From Brachymonas sp. (GTDB lineage Bacteria > Pseudomonadota > Gammaproteobacteria > Burkholderiales > Burkholderiaceae_C): DNA of 39,719 nucleotides. The notes under the pieces were generated by a model. The model had not been told where the DNA came from and did not search any database. It saw nothing but the letters and a program-made list of their open reading frames with translations. The stretch lies in the NCBI GenBank assembly GCA_012036375.1, contig JAAUOI010000001.1:1-39719 (forward strand), written 5' to 3'. Below are positions 9,650-20,036 of this stretch, piece after piece (within the stretch, counting starts at the first letter, position 1; the number at the start of each line of letters is the position of its first letter). Both the position numbers and the translations under genes were made by a program.

Positions 9650-9678
9650 GGAACTTCGTGGGCTGCGCCATGCTCTGC
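9650..9678 (+). promoter_or_regulatory. Possible sigmaE-type promoter for the L,D-transpeptidase/ppiA operon
   Basis: GGAACTT-N17-TCTGC in the intergenic gap; resembles the GAACTT-N16/17-TCTGA consensus. Confidence 0.3.
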
Positions 9679-9735
9679 GCGGTGTTTTGGATAACGTTGT
9701 TAAAGTCTTGAAGCCGCCTTGGCGCGGCATAACTC

Positions 9736-11073
9736 GTGGTGCATCGATTCTTTTTGTTTTCTCGTTGGTTCGTGGTGGCTGTGTTGATGGCAGCGCTGGG
9801 CCTGTCGTCTGCTTCGGCACAGCAGTCCAAAAAGAAACAAAAGCCACGCGCTGTCGCCAGTGTCGTCACGGTTGCAGCGGTATCGGCTGCGGCAGCAGCC
9901 CAAGCGTCTTCCCGCCGTGGTTCAAAAAAATCTGTGCCAGCCGCCTCCGCGCAAGGCTTGCAAGCTGAAGCGCGGCTGCTGCGCATTTACCAGCAAATTG
10001 GCCAAGGCCAAGGCCGTGCCGCTTTGACGACTGCCCAACAGCTGGTAGACGATCACCCCAACTTTGCACTGGCGCAGCTCGTGCTCGGCGATTTGCTTAT
10101 GACGCAAAGCCAAGGCATTCGCGCCTTAGGCGATGTGCCCGAAGCCACCGTGCGAGCGGCGCCTGGCGTCTTGACGGATTTGCGCGAAGAATCGCTCATG
10201 CGCATGCGCGCCCTGCGCGAGCGGCCAGCGCCGGGGCTCATTCCCGCGAACTTTGCGCGACTGTCACCGCGCAACCGCCATGCGATTGCTGTGGATGCCA
10301 GCCGAGCGCGTTTGTATTTGTTTGAAAACACGCCCCAAGGCATCCGGCTTGTGGCCGACTACTACGCCTCAGTGGGCAAGCTCGGCATAGAGAAAAATAT
10401 TGAAGGCGATTTGAAAACGCCGCTGGGCATTTATTATGTGACCAACACGCTCGACCCCAATTCCTTGCAAGACCTGTACGGCGCGGGCGCACTGCCAATC
10501 AACTATCCCAATCCCTACGATCTGCGGCGCGGCAAAACGGGCAGCGGCATTTGGCTGCACGGTGTGCCACAGGGGCAGTTTGCCCGCGCACCCAAAGCCA
10601 CAGATGGCTGCGTGGCCATTTCCAACCCCGATTTGCAAGAGGTGTTAAAGCGCATCGAGATTCGCACCACGCCTGTGGTGATCCTGCCCAAAATTGAATG
10701 GATCAACCCGGCGCAAAGCGGAGCCGATGTTGCGGCGTTTGACCGCGCTTTTGCCGCTTGGCGGCAAGCCAAGGCAGCGGGCCATTTGGAGCTGACCTTG
10801 TCGTCCTACACGGCAGATTTCAACAGTTACGGTAAAACCTTGGCTGATTGGCGCGGCATACTTGGCAATGAGTTAGCCAAAAAACGCAGCTCAGAATTGA
10901 AAGATCAAACCGTTTTGCATTGGGCAGAGAGTGCGCAAAGTGCTACGATGGTGGTCACGTTCTCAGAAGTCCCCACGGGCGCAGTCACAGGCCCGACCAA
11001 ACGGCAGTATTGGCTGCGTTCACCCGCCACGGGCAATCAATGGAAAATCTTTTTTGAAGGAATCATCGGATGA
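9736..11073 (+). CDS. L,D-transpeptidase family (YkuD) protein with C-terminal NTF2-like domain (Csd6/Pgp2-like architecture)
   Basis: EGDLKTPLGIY, INYPNPYD..GKTGSGIWLHG...TDGCVAISN catalytic H/C motif; signal peptide. Confidence 0.9.
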   Translation: MVHRFFLFSRWFVVAVLMAALGLSSASAQQSKKKQKPRAVASVVTVAAVSAAAAAQASSRRGSKKSVPAASAQGLQAEARLLRIYQQIGQGQGRAALTTAQQLVDDHPNFALAQLVLGDLLMTQSQGIRALGDVPEATVRAAPGVLTDLREESLMRMRALRERPAPGLIPANFARLSPRNRHAIAVDASRARLYLFENTPQGIRLVADYYASVGKLGIEKNIEGDLKTPLGIYYVTNTLDPNSLQDLYGAGALPINYPNPYDLRRGKTGSGIWLHGVPQGQFARAPKATDGCVAISNPDLQEVLKRIEIRTTPVVILPKIEWINPAQSGADVAAFDRAFAAWRQAKAAGHLELTLSSYTADFNSYGKTLADWRGILGNELAKKRSSELKDQTVLHWAESAQSATMVVTFSEVPTGAVTGPTKRQYWLRSPATGNQWKIFFEGIIG

Positions 11074-11728
11074 TGTTGAATCGTTTGTTGGGCTTAAATT
11101 TAAAGCCAAATCGTCGTTTAGCCGGCATGTTAATTGCGTCGAGTGCTATTCTTTTAGGAGTTTCTGGTGTGAGCGCACAGTCCACATCAGCCGCTTCCGC
11201 GCCAGCAGCAGCACCCGCCGCAGCCAAATCTACAGCTCCTAAAGTCAAGATCGTCACCTCCATGGGCGACATCGTGATCGAGCTCAATCCAGACAAAGCG
11301 CCCAAGACGGTGGAAAACTTTCTGCAGTATGTGAAAGACAAGCATTACGACGGCACGATCTTTCACCGCGTGATGGATGGCTTCATGATCCAAGGCGGCG
11401 GCTTCAACGCCGATATGCAGCAAAAACCTGTGCGGCCGCCAATTCCACTGGAATCGAGCAATGGTCTCAAAAATGATCGCGGCAGCATTGCCATGGCGCG
11501 CACCAATGTGCCCAACTCGGCCACCGCACAATTTTTCATCAATGTCGTGAACAACAACAACCTCAACGCTCCTTTACCTGACGGCTACGGCTATGCGGTT
11601 TTCGGCAAAGTCATTTCCGGTATGGAGACGGTAGACAAAATTCGCCAAGTGGCCACCGGTAACAAAGGTCCGCATGGCAATGTGCCTCAAACCCCGATCA
11701 CCATTACTTCAGCAACTTTGGAAAATAA
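11070..11728 (+). CDS. ppiA: Periplasmic cyclophilin-type peptidyl-prolyl isomerase (stop lost by a 1-base homopolymer error near 11725)
   Basis: Signal peptide; [43 protein letters not shown] with one more A gives EK*, just before the ppiB ATG. Confidence 0.9.
11097..11162 (+). repeat. 66-bp dispersed element, copy 5 (encodes most of the ppiA signal peptide)
   Basis: AATTTAAAGCCAAATCGTCGTTTAGCCGGCATGTTAATTGCGTCGAGTGCTATTCTTTTAGGAGTT = [22 protein letters not shown]. Confidence 0.85.
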
Positions 11729-11730
11729 TC

Positions 11731-12237
11731 ATGGCCAACCCCCAAGTCCAACTCGACATCACCGGCTACGGCTCGCTCACCATCGAGCTTGACGAGGCCA
11801 AAGCGCCCAAGTGCGCCGCCAACTTTCTGGCTTATGTTAACAAAGGTCATTACGATGGCACGATCTTTCATCGCGTGATTGACGGCTTCATGATCCAAGG
11901 CGGCGGCTTTGAACCTGGCATGACGCAAAAAGCTGTGGACAAGCCGATCAACAATGAAGCCGACAACGGCCTCAAAAACAACAAATACACCCTCGCCATG
12001 GCTCGCACAAACGACCCGCACTCTGCCACCGCGCAGTTTTTTATTAACGTGGCAGACAACGATTTTCTCAATTTCAAATCGCCCACCGCATCCGGCTGGG
12101 GCTATGCTGTGTTTGGCAAAGTCGTAGCCGGCATGGACATCGTGGACAAAATCCGCAGCGTCAAAACAGGCCGCAAAGGGTTTCATGACGACGTGCCCAT
12201 GCAAGACGTGGTGTTGGCTAAAGCCTCGGCACTTTAA
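11731..12237 (+). CDS. ppiB: Cytoplasmic cyclophilin-type peptidyl-prolyl isomerase
   Basis: [45 protein letters not shown]; conserved cysS/ppiB/lpxH neighbourhood. Confidence 0.95.
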   Translation: MANPQVQLDITGYGSLTIELDEAKAPKCAANFLAYVNKGHYDGTIFHRVIDGFMIQGGGFEPGMTQKAVDKPINNEADNGLKNNKYTLAMARTNDPHSATAQFFINVADNDFLNFKSPTASGWGYAVFGKVVAGMDIVDKIRSVKTGRKGFHDDVPMQDVVLAKASAL

Positions 12238-12264
12238 GCTGCCAACACGTAAGCGAGGGCGCGC

Positions 12265-13141
12265 ATGAGTTTCGATGAAATCCAAGCGCCACGGCAGTGG
12301 CGCTGCGTGGATTTCATCTCCGACTTGCATTTGCAAGAATCAGAGCCCGCCCACATTTTTTGGCTTGGCGTGGCTATTTGGAACGCGACGCCTGCTGGAT
12401 GCAATTTTTATTCTGGGCGATTTATTTGAGCTGTGGGTGGGCGACGATGTACTCAGCGGCCCAGTCGATGCGAATTTGATCGCTCGCCACGAAGGCTTGC
12501 ACTTTGAAGACCGATGCACGCGCGTGCTGCATTTTGCGGCACAACAAAAGGCCATCTATTTCCTGCATGGCAATCGCGATTTTTTGATTGGCGAGCACTT
12601 TTTAGCCAGCAGTGGTGTGCAGTTGCTCAGTGATCCCAGCGTGTTGATCTTTGGCGAGCAGCGCTATTTGCTCAGTCATGGCGATGCGCTGTGTTTGTCC
12701 GATGACGATTATCAACAGTTTCGCATCAAGGTGCGCAGCAGCGAATGGCAGCAAAGCTTTTTGGCCACGCCCTTGCAAGAACGCTTGCAGCAAGCGCGAC
12801 AAATGCGCACCCAAAGCGAAGCGCGCAAGCAGAGCCAACAAGCCGCGCAGCAGCCCTTTAGCGATGTAGATGCAGCAGTGGCTGTGCAATGGATGGATGC
12901 CACCCGCAGTTCGCATTTCATTCACGGTCATACACACGAAGGCGTGGATCACCCGTTGGAGTCGGCCCAAGGCGTGGGTGTGCGCCATGTGTTGCCTGAT
13001 TGGCATGCCACTGGCCGCCAGCCGCGCGGGCATGCGCTGCGATTGAGCTTGGACACGCGCATGAGCGACGAGTCTGCGGGTGATGTTGATCTCGTCAAGA
13101 CTAAGGTGCAGACCGTGGTGCAACGCGTCAGCACGGTTTAA
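12265..13141 (+). CDS. lpxH: UDP-2,3-diacylglucosamine hydrolase (apparent frameshifts at about 12350-12400)
   Basis: ATG 12265 gives MSFDEIQAPRQWRCVDFISDLHL; then ILGDLFELWVGDD, HGNRDFL, SHGDALC, IHGHTH. Confidence 0.92.
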
Positions 13142-13164
13142 TCACATCAGCAACCGATCTGTCG

Positions 13165-14076
13165 ATGTGGCATGCATTACAACAATGGTGGGGACAGCGG
13201 CGGCTATCGGCCAGCAGCCAACGCATTGCAGCGATTGTGCAGCGCCGCCCGGTGCAAGAAGACTTGTGGCACAGCACGGTAATCGCCTTGCCCTTCATCG
13301 CTCATTTAACAGCCCAGGAGCTGGCCAGACTGCGCGTGATGGTGAGCTTGTTTTTAGACAGCAAGGAATTTTCTGGCGCTCAAGGCCTGCAGGTGAGCGA
13401 TGCGCAAGCGGTGATGGTGGCTTGCCAAGCGTGCTTGCCCATACTGCACATTGCGCCACCGCATCGGCCTGATTTGGCGCTGGCATGGTATGACGGTTTT
13501 GTTGGCATCGTGCTACATCCCGCCGCTGTGCGAGCGCGGCGCGAGTGGGTTGATGAGGACGGCGTGGCGCATTCGGGCAGCGAAGAGCTGACTGGCGAAA
13601 TTCTTGAAGGCGGGCCGCTGATGCTGGCTTGGAGCGATGTGGACGCTGCTGGCGAGACGGCGAACGAGGCATACAACGTGGTCATTCATGAATTCATCCA
13701 TGTGATGGATGTGCGCGATGGCGCAGCCGATGGTTGCCCGCCTATGCCCGCCGAAAAGCGCCAGATGTGGCTGCGCGTGCTGCATGCCGACTATTCAGCA
13801 TTTTGCGAAGCCTGCGAAATTTGGCAGCGCTTTGGCAGTTTGTCGACAAATTCGTCGGCTTATTCCAAGAGTGACTCGTCAACCAGCTCGTCAACCGAGT
13901 CGCCCGGCGCAGACGCTTTCGATAAGCCACTGTTGGACACCTACGGTGCGAGCAGCGTCGATGAATTTTTTGCGGTAGCCTGCGAAGCGTATTTTGTACA
14001 GCGCCTGCGTTTTGCCAAGCGCTACCCCATGCTCACGGCGCAGTTCGATGCGTTTTTCAAGCCTGCTTCGCACTGA
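13165..14076 (+). CDS. Zinc-dependent peptidase, M90/MtfA family
   Basis: FLDSKEFSGAQGL, NVVIHEFIHVMD (HExxH), YGASSVDEFFAVACEAYF. Confidence 0.9.
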   Translation: MWHALQQWWGQRRLSASSQRIAAIVQRRPVQEDLWHSTVIALPFIAHLTAQELARLRVMVSLFLDSKEFSGAQGLQVSDAQAVMVACQACLPILHIAPPHRPDLALAWYDGFVGIVLHPAAVRARREWVDEDGVAHSGSEELTGEILEGGPLMLAWSDVDAAGETANEAYNVVIHEFIHVMDVRDGAADGCPPMPAEKRQMWLRVLHADYSAFCEACEIWQRFGSLSTNSSAYSKSDSSTSSSTESPGADAFDKPLLDTYGASSVDEFFAVACEAYFVQRLRFAKRYPMLTAQFDAFFKPASH

Positions 14077-14473
14077 CTTCAAGCTTTGATTTCAAGCGCA
14101 GCCGCACGTGCAAAGCGCAGGCGGCAAACAGCAGCACGCACAATACCACCTCAATCATTGCCAAATAACTGCTCGGTGCACGGTCTGACGTAGCGCGGGT
14201 GATGCCCTCGGCAAAGTAAATCCAAACCATCAGGCTCACCCAGCGGTAGGTATACATGCGGTTTTTTAAGAGTCCCGCCAGCGGAATGCACAGAGGCAAC
14301 ACTTTCAGTGCCAGCCAACTGCCGCCTGGGCGAATTGGCGCCAGCCATAGCTCCCAAGCCAAGCCAAGCGTGATCAAGCCGAGCAGACTGCCGACGGCAA
14401 GCCATTGAATTTGCTGTAAGCGCGCAGCATGCGCGTTGGAGGAAATTTGTGAAGAGTGCGAGCTTGTCTGCAT
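14057..14473 (-). CDS. DUF2069 family membrane protein
   Basis: WELWLAPIRPGGSWLALKVLPL..YTYRW..YFAEG; divergent from yihY as is usual in Betaproteobacteria. Confidence 0.85.
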   Translation of the reverse strand: MQTSSHSSQISSNAHAARLQQIQWLAVGSLLGLITLGLAWELWLAPIRPGGSWLALKVLPLCIPLAGLLKNRMYTYRWVSLMVWIYFAEGITRATSDRAPSSYLAMIEVVLCVLLFAACALHVRLRLKSKLEVSAKQA

Positions 14474-14497
14474 GGTCAGCATGGCATGATACCGGCT

Positions 14498-15724
14498 ATG
14501 AGTTGGATTGATCGCGTTCGCGCCGAAATACCCGTTTTGATTGAGACTTTGCGCACCTTTCCTTGGCGCAATACCGCCGCTGTGCTGCGTCTGCGGTTTC
14601 GGGAAGACCGCCTAGGGCTGACCGCTTCGAGCCTGACGTTTACCACTGTGATCGCACTGGTGCCCTTGTTCACGCTGATTCTTGCCGTATTCACCGCTTT
14701 TCCCATGTTTTCTACCATGCAGACCACGCTACAAACATGGCTGGTACAAAGCTTGGTGCCCGATAACATTGCCCGAAATGTGCTGGGTTATTTGACGCAG
14801 TTTGCCGCCAAAGCATCGCGCTTGGGCGTGGTCGGCTTGATCGCTTTTGTGGTGACGGCTCTGGCACTGATATTCACCGTGGACCGAACCTTCAACAGCA
14901 TTTGGCGTGTGCGGCAGACGCGCCCGTTTGCCCAGCGCTTGCTGGTGTATTGGGCGGTGCTCACGCTCGGACCAGTGCTGCTGGCTGCTAGCTTGACACT
15001 CACCTCGTATGCGATTTCGGCCTCACGCGGTGTGGTCAGTACGATGCCCGGTGGATTGAAATTCTTACTCAACAGCTTGGAGTTTGTGCTGTTGGCAAGC
15101 GCCATGGCTGGCTTGTATCGTTTTGTGCCCAACACGCGGGTCAAGTGGGCGCATGCTTGGGCGGGCGCAATATTTGTGGCGATTGGCTTTGAGGTGGCCA
15201 AAAGTTTGCTCACGTGGTATTTGCGCAGCGTGCCGACGTTCTCTGCGGTGTATGGTGCATTTGCCACCGTGCCGATTTTGCTGCTGTGGTTTTACATCGC
15301 ATGGTTGATCGTGCTGTTTGGCGCGGTGATCGCAGCGTATTTACCGAGTTTGCTCTCGGGCGTTGCACGCAGAGGTGGTACTCCGGGCTGGAATTTCCAA
15401 TTGGCTTTTGAAACGATTCAAGCCCTAGATGCCGCCAGCGGCACACCAGGAAAGGGGCTCACGCAGCAGCAACTGGCGGTGCAATTGCAGGTTGATGATT
15501 TGCAATTAACGAGGCCACTAGAAGCTTTACGCCAGCTCGATTGGGTTGGCTTATTGGACAGCGATGATGCAGATGCCCAGCGCTTGGTCTTGATCGCTGA
15601 CCCTGAAAGAACCGCCTTGCTACCCTTGGCACATGCCTTGCTGTTACCTGCTTCCAGTATTGCTTTTTGGAGCCAAAATGGCCTATCGCCAGCGCAAAAT
15701 ATGCGCGGAATGCTATTAAAATAA
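14498..15724 (+). CDS. YihY/BrkB family inner membrane protein
   Basis: ASSLTFTTVIALVP, FNSIWRV, YWAVLTLGP, VYGAFATVPILLLW; multiple TM segments. Confidence 0.93.
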   Translation: MSWIDRVRAEIPVLIETLRTFPWRNTAAVLRLRFREDRLGLTASSLTFTTVIALVPLFTLILAVFTAFPMFSTMQTTLQTWLVQSLVPDNIARNVLGYLTQFAAKASRLGVVGLIAFVVTALALIFTVDRTFNSIWRVRQTRPFAQRLLVYWAVLTLGPVLLAASLTLTSYAISASRGVVSTMPGGLKFLLNSLEFVLLASAMAGLYRFVPNTRVKWAHAWAGAIFVAIGFEVAKSLLTWYLRSVPTFSAVYGAFATVPILLLWFYIAWLIVLFGAVIAAYLPSLLSGVARRGGTPGWNFQLAFETIQALDAASGTPGKGLTQQQLAVQLQVDDLQLTRPLEALRQLDWVGLLDSDDADAQRLVLIADPERTALLPLAHALLLPASSIAFWSQNGLSPAQNMRGMLLK

Positions 15725-15729
15725 TAGCA
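15664..15729 (+). repeat. 66-bp dispersed element, copy 6 (supplies the yihY C-terminus and stop)
   Basis: TTTTTGGAGCCAAAATGGCCTATCGCCAGCGCAAAATATGCGCGGAATGCTATTAAAATAATAGCA; perfect TGCTAT-N7-ATAGCA. Confidence 0.92.
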
Positions 15730-15750
15730 TTTACCACACACAGAAGGGGT

Positions 15751-16859
15751 CTAAGCGAACGCACCGAGGCGTTCAAAAAACCAGTAGCTCGACAACACGA
15801 CCAATAGGACAGAGCCGTATTGAACAATCCAACGCTGATAGCCAGACCAGCTGTTGAGTGCAAAATAAATCAGACTCCATGCGCCGATGATGGCGAGTTG
15901 CCCGATTTCGACACCCATGTTGAAGCCGGCCAGCGCCCAAGGCAGCACAGAGGGCGCAACTTGTGCTTCTTGCATCGCGCCTGAAAAACCGAGGCCGTGA
16001 ACCAAACCAAAGCTGGCAGCCACGGCGATTTTGAGTGTCACAGATTCCGTCCAACTGACTGTGCGCTTGAACAGGTTCAAAGCGGCAGTCACCGCGATGG
16101 AGGCCGCAATCGCGGGCTCGACCCAAGCCGGGGAGCCGACCCAACCGAGCGTGGCAGCAATCAAGGTGATGGAATGGCCTAAAGTGAAAGCTGTGATGGT
16201 GATCAGTAAAGTTTTCCAACTTTGAGCCAAGGCAATACCGAGCACAAGGCAAATCACAAACGCAATGTGATCAGCGCCAGAGCCAATGTGCTCGATACCG
16301 AGACGGATGAAGCTCAAGAGCATCTGAGCGCCGGAATCAGGCTTTGGCATCAGTGCTTGCCAATCGTTTGATGGCGCGAGTACGCGGCTGCTTTGCACTT
16401 GCCCGCTCTGGGCGTGGCTAAAGCGTGTGCTCAGAATCGCCCGATGATCCGCATCCACAAGCTGCAGCAATTGATAGCGCAACTGTATTTTTGCAGGTCG
16501 CAGGCTGGCGCAGTGCTGCTGAGAGACAAGAAAGTGCCATCGCTACGTGACTCGAAGCCATCGATGCCAAAAGTCAAAGTGCTTTCTTGAGCGTCGCAAC
16601 GCCATGCAATGCTTTGCTGCGCCAGCGCTGTGATTTGCTGCGCACTGGCTTTGACTTCGCCAGCAGTGATTTGCCGATCATTGTCTGCATCGAGTGTGTC
16701 CAGAGCACGGTCTAGATCACGCAGCGCAACAGACAGTTGCAGCTTGGCAGACGAATTTGCAGGGAGCTGCTCCAAACGCAGGTAAGCATCGCTGGCTTTA
16801 TGCGCTTGGGCACTGCCCAGAAGTGCCCAACCCAAGAGTAGCATCAACATATGTTTCAT
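15751..16859 (-). CDS. HupE/UreJ family protein with N-terminal periplasmic domain (frameshift at T5 run, about 16490)
   Basis: Signal peptide AQA|HKASDAYL; DADNDRQIT..E; GIEHI..GADHIAF, TAFTLGHSITL, FGLVHGLGF, FNMGVEIGQ. Confidence 0.9.
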
Positions 16860-17971
16860 TTGAGCCTGACATCCTTAAGGCCGGTCTTGGCAGCGGCTTG
16901 CAGGATCTGTGCTTTTTCTCGTGGCTTACCAGCGCGTTCAGCGCTTTGCACGGCGATCAGCCAATCTACGGGTTCGCGCTGTAGTTCTAAATTGGTTTTT
17001 GCTAAAACCAGTGCGGCATGTGGATCACCTTGCACATAGAGCGCGTACATCGCTTGCTCACGCGCGTGGCCGGCGTTGTCTTGGCGTTGCGTTGATGAGG
17101 CCAGACGTGAATTCAGGGTGTCTTGCAGTGCGGGCAGGCGCGCATCACTGAGTTGCGCCAACGCTTGAGCGCGGCGGATCAATACGGCATCACTGTCCGG
17201 CTGATTGGCCAACAGGGCAAGCACCGCGCCGGCTTGCTGCGCGGTCAACAATTCATCGGCGTAAGCGAGGGCGGTGTAGCCGTCGTTGTCGAGCGCGAGG
17301 CTACGGGCAAACAGGCGCAAGGCTGCAGCGGATTGACCCGCACGCTGCTCATTTTCTGCCATGAGCGAATACAGCCATGCTTGCTGCACCGGAGCGCTCA
17401 CAGAATTGAGCAGTTGTTGATAGCCCGATCTGGCGGTATCCGATTGACCTTGCAGTGATTGGGTTTCGAGCAGGCAGGCATTGGCGTAAAGCTGTGCGCT
17501 AGCCTCTTGGATGCTTTGACAAGCTTGGGTGGCGGCGGCGTAGTGACCTTGCACGCGCTCGATGGTGGCGAGCGTCAGCAAGGCTTGCGCATATGAGGGT
17601 GCAAGACTTTTCAGAGCCAGTTGCAAAGTTTTGCGAGCTTGCGCAAACTCGTGACGGCTTTGTTCAATGGTGGCTTGCAGGGTGAGCAAATCATAGCCCG
17701 CATCCGGTTGGCCCCAGCGCTGGCCGATCAAGGCTTGCGCTTGGCCGAGATAGCGAGGGTCAGCTTGTTGCCTCGCCAAGGAAATCGCTTGACGAATGGC
17801 GGGAATCAGATCTGCGCTTGCAACGGGTGGGCGCAGGCGCGGGCCGAGTTTTTCTAAGACAGTGGAGTCGGGTACGGCTTGTATTGATTTGACTTGCGCC
17901 AACGCGAAACCGCTCATACTGATGGCCATAGCCCAGCCAATGATTTTGATATGCATGCTGCTTTTACGCAT
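16856..17971 (-). CDS. Exported TPR-like helical-repeat protein
   Basis: Signal peptide; DPRYLGQAQA, QSRHEFAQA, REQA, N...QREP.D; typical companion of DUF4331. Start chosen to avoid overlap with the upstream gene. Confidence 0.75.
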   Translation of the reverse strand: MRKSSMHIKIIGWAMAISMSGFALAQVKSIQAVPDSTVLEKLGPRLRPPVASADLIPAIRQAISLARQQADPRYLGQAQALIGQRWGQPDAGYDLLTLQATIEQSRHEFAQARKTLQLALKSLAPSYAQALLTLATIERVQGHYAAATQACQSIQEASAQLYANACLLETQSLQGQSDTARSGYQQLLNSVSAPVQQAWLYSLMAENEQRAGQSAAALRLFARSLALDNDGYTALAYADELLTAQQAGAVLALLANQPDSDAVLIRRAQALAQLSDARLPALQDTLNSRLASSTQRQDNAGHAREQAMYALYVQGDPHAALVLAKTNLELQREPVDWLIAVQSAERAGKPREKAQILQAAAKTGLKDVRLK

Positions 17972-18029
17972 GAAAAAGCGCTGTGGATGCAGAGCACCCA
18001 CAGCGCTTGAAGCTTGCAGCAAACCCTGT

Positions 18030-18317
18030 TTAAGCTGCAATGATACTGACGGGATCATCAATATCGGAGAAGGCCAAGAGGGCATCGCCCAAGACAAGAG
18101 GGTCTTGCGTATTGGCTTCACCTAGCGCCACAACTTGCGACACGAAGTCAATGGCAGCGGCGGAGCTTTGTGTGGCAGAGATGGGCACATCGGTGCCTGG
18201 CACAAGCGCCACACCGGGCACTACGTTAGGTGGGCTTTCTGTGGTGTTGTTACCGCTGCCGCAGGCAGCAAGTACAACGCTGGCTGATAGGGCGAGCATG
18301 AGATGAGAGAATTTCAT
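18030..18317 (-). CDS. Small lipoprotein of unknown function
   Basis: MKFSHLMLALSASVVLAA|C lipobox; AGGAGA RBS; sits inside the operon. Confidence 0.8.
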   Translation of the reverse strand: MKFSHLMLALSASVVLAACGSGNNTTESPPNVVPGVALVPGTDVPISATQSSAAAIDFVSQVVALGEANTQDPLVLGDALLAFSDIDDPVSIIAA

Positions 18318-18350
18318 CAGGGTCTCCTTGGAAGGGTGACTTTGAACGAT

Positions 18351-19991
18351 TTACTGCGAACCAGCCAATGGCGTGTTCAAGTAAGGAAAGCGCGTGAGGA
18401 AAGGCACGACGGCTTGATCCACACCATCGTGCACTGCGGCAGATGTTGCACCGAGTGGCACGCTGGCGGGGGCGCAGACCGAGGTGAGCGATGGCACGCC
18501 GGGCACGCCATTTAAACCCAACCCATTGTTTGCGCCATTGATCACGCAAAGACCGCCGAGCATGGCCACCAGAGCAATGTCTACCACGTCGTCTTTAGGG
18601 CGACGGCCGTTGGGGAAACCCGCCAAATCGACTGCGTTACCCAAATTGGCCAAGCCGCCGACACGCAAGACCTCACCAGCCACACCCAAGCGATTTTGCT
18701 GGGCAAACGCAACAGGTGCGATACCCGTGTTCAAACGCAGCATTTCTGAGGGTGTAGCCGTGGTAGGTTTGTTAACGCCGTTAATGCCGGTCAGGAAGGT
18801 GGTGATCAAATCCGTGCGCGGCAAGTTGGTGGGAGCCAATGCTGCTGCATTACCGTCGGCCAGCACCAAGCCCAACAAGGCGGGCAAGGTGGGGTTGCTG
18901 ACATAGCTTAAGAACTGCGTATCGCCGCTCGGATGTGAGCCGTTGAATTTGTCTTTGTCGCGTAGTCCAATCACTACTTCATTGACCAGCGGGTTACCTA
19001 GGCGTGAGACCTGCACCCAAGCCCCGCCGGTTTTCTCCGTGGTTTGATGGCCAGATGCGGGCGTGTTGGAGAGCAATCGGCCTTGGCGTAGGCTAGCTGT
19101 TGTCCAGCCGCCAATCACAGGATCACCCGTGCCGTTGCCAGCAGTCAAGCAATCTTTGTGAATTTCAATGGCCATCGTGGTGACGTTCTTGTCTTGGATG
19201 CCAAAGCCGTTGCCGGCGAAGGCGTTGATCAGTGTGGGATCAGTGATTTGCGCAGCAGTGGCATTGACCAGGTCAAAGATGGGCCCAAGGTTCACAGCAA
19301 AACCCTCTTGGCGTTGGCCGACAAACACTTTGCCTGCGGATTTACCGGCAGGACAGCCTGGGAAATTCACCGTGTGCACATGCTGGTTGGCATAGGTCTC
19401 GTAAGCGGCGCTGTTACCTAAGGTTTTTACGCCGATGTAGTCGACTGGCTTGTCAAAAGTGGTGCCACCGGCTGCTCGCGGTATGGCTGCTACTGTGCCT
19501 TTTCGACGATCACCGCGCACCATGTTGACGGTGAAAGTTTCGCGCACGTTGGAGGCGGGGCTGTTCACGCTATTGATTGGACCAGCTTGCGTGAGTGGTA
19601 TTGCGACCGTTTGGTTGCCAATGGGCAACTCAACGCCACGGCCGCCATTGGCCAAGGTGTTATTAAAGCGGAATTGGAAAGTGATGTCTTCGCGTGCATC
19701 GCCATTGTTGTCTACATGGATTTCATACAGCGCGTTCGGATCCATCTTGAAGTAATTCGGGCCGCCGTAGGCATCTTGCAGCGGCAAGTAGTTGGAGATC
19801 AGCGTCACATAGTCTGTGCGGCCACTTTCGTAGCTGCGGAACATATAAAAATCGGTGTTGTCGACCTTGGGCGCGGTGGTGATGAAGGGCGCTTCGCGAT
19901 GGCTAGAGGCGAAGCTGGGGGCGATAAATGCGGCGCTTGCGCACAAAGCTGAAATGGCCGCCGTGTGCAAGGCGGTTTTGACGAGTTGCAT
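18351..19991 (-). CDS. DUF4331 domain exported protein
   Basis: Signal peptide then SSHREAP..D.TD.YMFRS; GGPNYF..DPNALYEIHVDN.GDA; QVSRLGNPLVNEV; GFPNGRRP.DDVVDI; FPYL.TP; AGGAG RBS. Confidence 0.9.
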   Translation of the reverse strand: MQLVKTALHTAAISALCASAAFIAPSFASSHREAPFITTAPKVDNTDFYMFRSYESGRTDYVTLISNYLPLQDAYGGPNYFKMDPNALYEIHVDNNGDAREDITFQFRFNNTLANGGRGVELPIGNQTVAIPLTQAGPINSVNSPASNVRETFTVNMVRGDRRKGTVAAIPRAAGGTTFDKPVDYIGVKTLGNSAAYETYANQHVHTVNFPGCPAGKSAGKVFVGQRQEGFAVNLGPIFDLVNATAAQITDPTLINAFAGNGFGIQDKNVTTMAIEIHKDCLTAGNGTGDPVIGGWTTASLRQGRLLSNTPASGHQTTEKTGGAWVQVSRLGNPLVNEVVIGLRDKDKFNGSHPSGDTQFLSYVSNPTLPALLGLVLADGNAAALAPTNLPRTDLITTFLTGINGVNKPTTATPSEMLRLNTGIAPVAFAQQNRLGVAGEVLRVGGLANLGNAVDLAGFPNGRRPKDDVVDIALVAMLGGLCVINGANNGLGLNGVPGVPSLTSVCAPASVPLGATSAAVHDGVDQAVVPFLTRFPYLNTPLAGSQ

Positions 19992-20036
19992 GAAATGCTC
20001 CTAAAAAGTTGAGGGTGGCTATGATCCCAACTGCAA

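Noticed and set aside
11340-11910. Near-identical repeat CATTACGAxGGCACGATCTTTCAxCGCGTG...GGCTTCATGATCCAAGGCGGCGGC in two places
   Set aside because: This is the conserved cyclophilin motif in the paralogues ppiA and ppiB.
15711-15729. The TGCTAT-N7-ATAGCA dyad as an ordinary operator (Fur, LexA or NrdR box)
   Set aside because: It does not match those consensuses, always carries the 47-bp arm, and occurs mid-gene and between convergent genes with unrelated functions.
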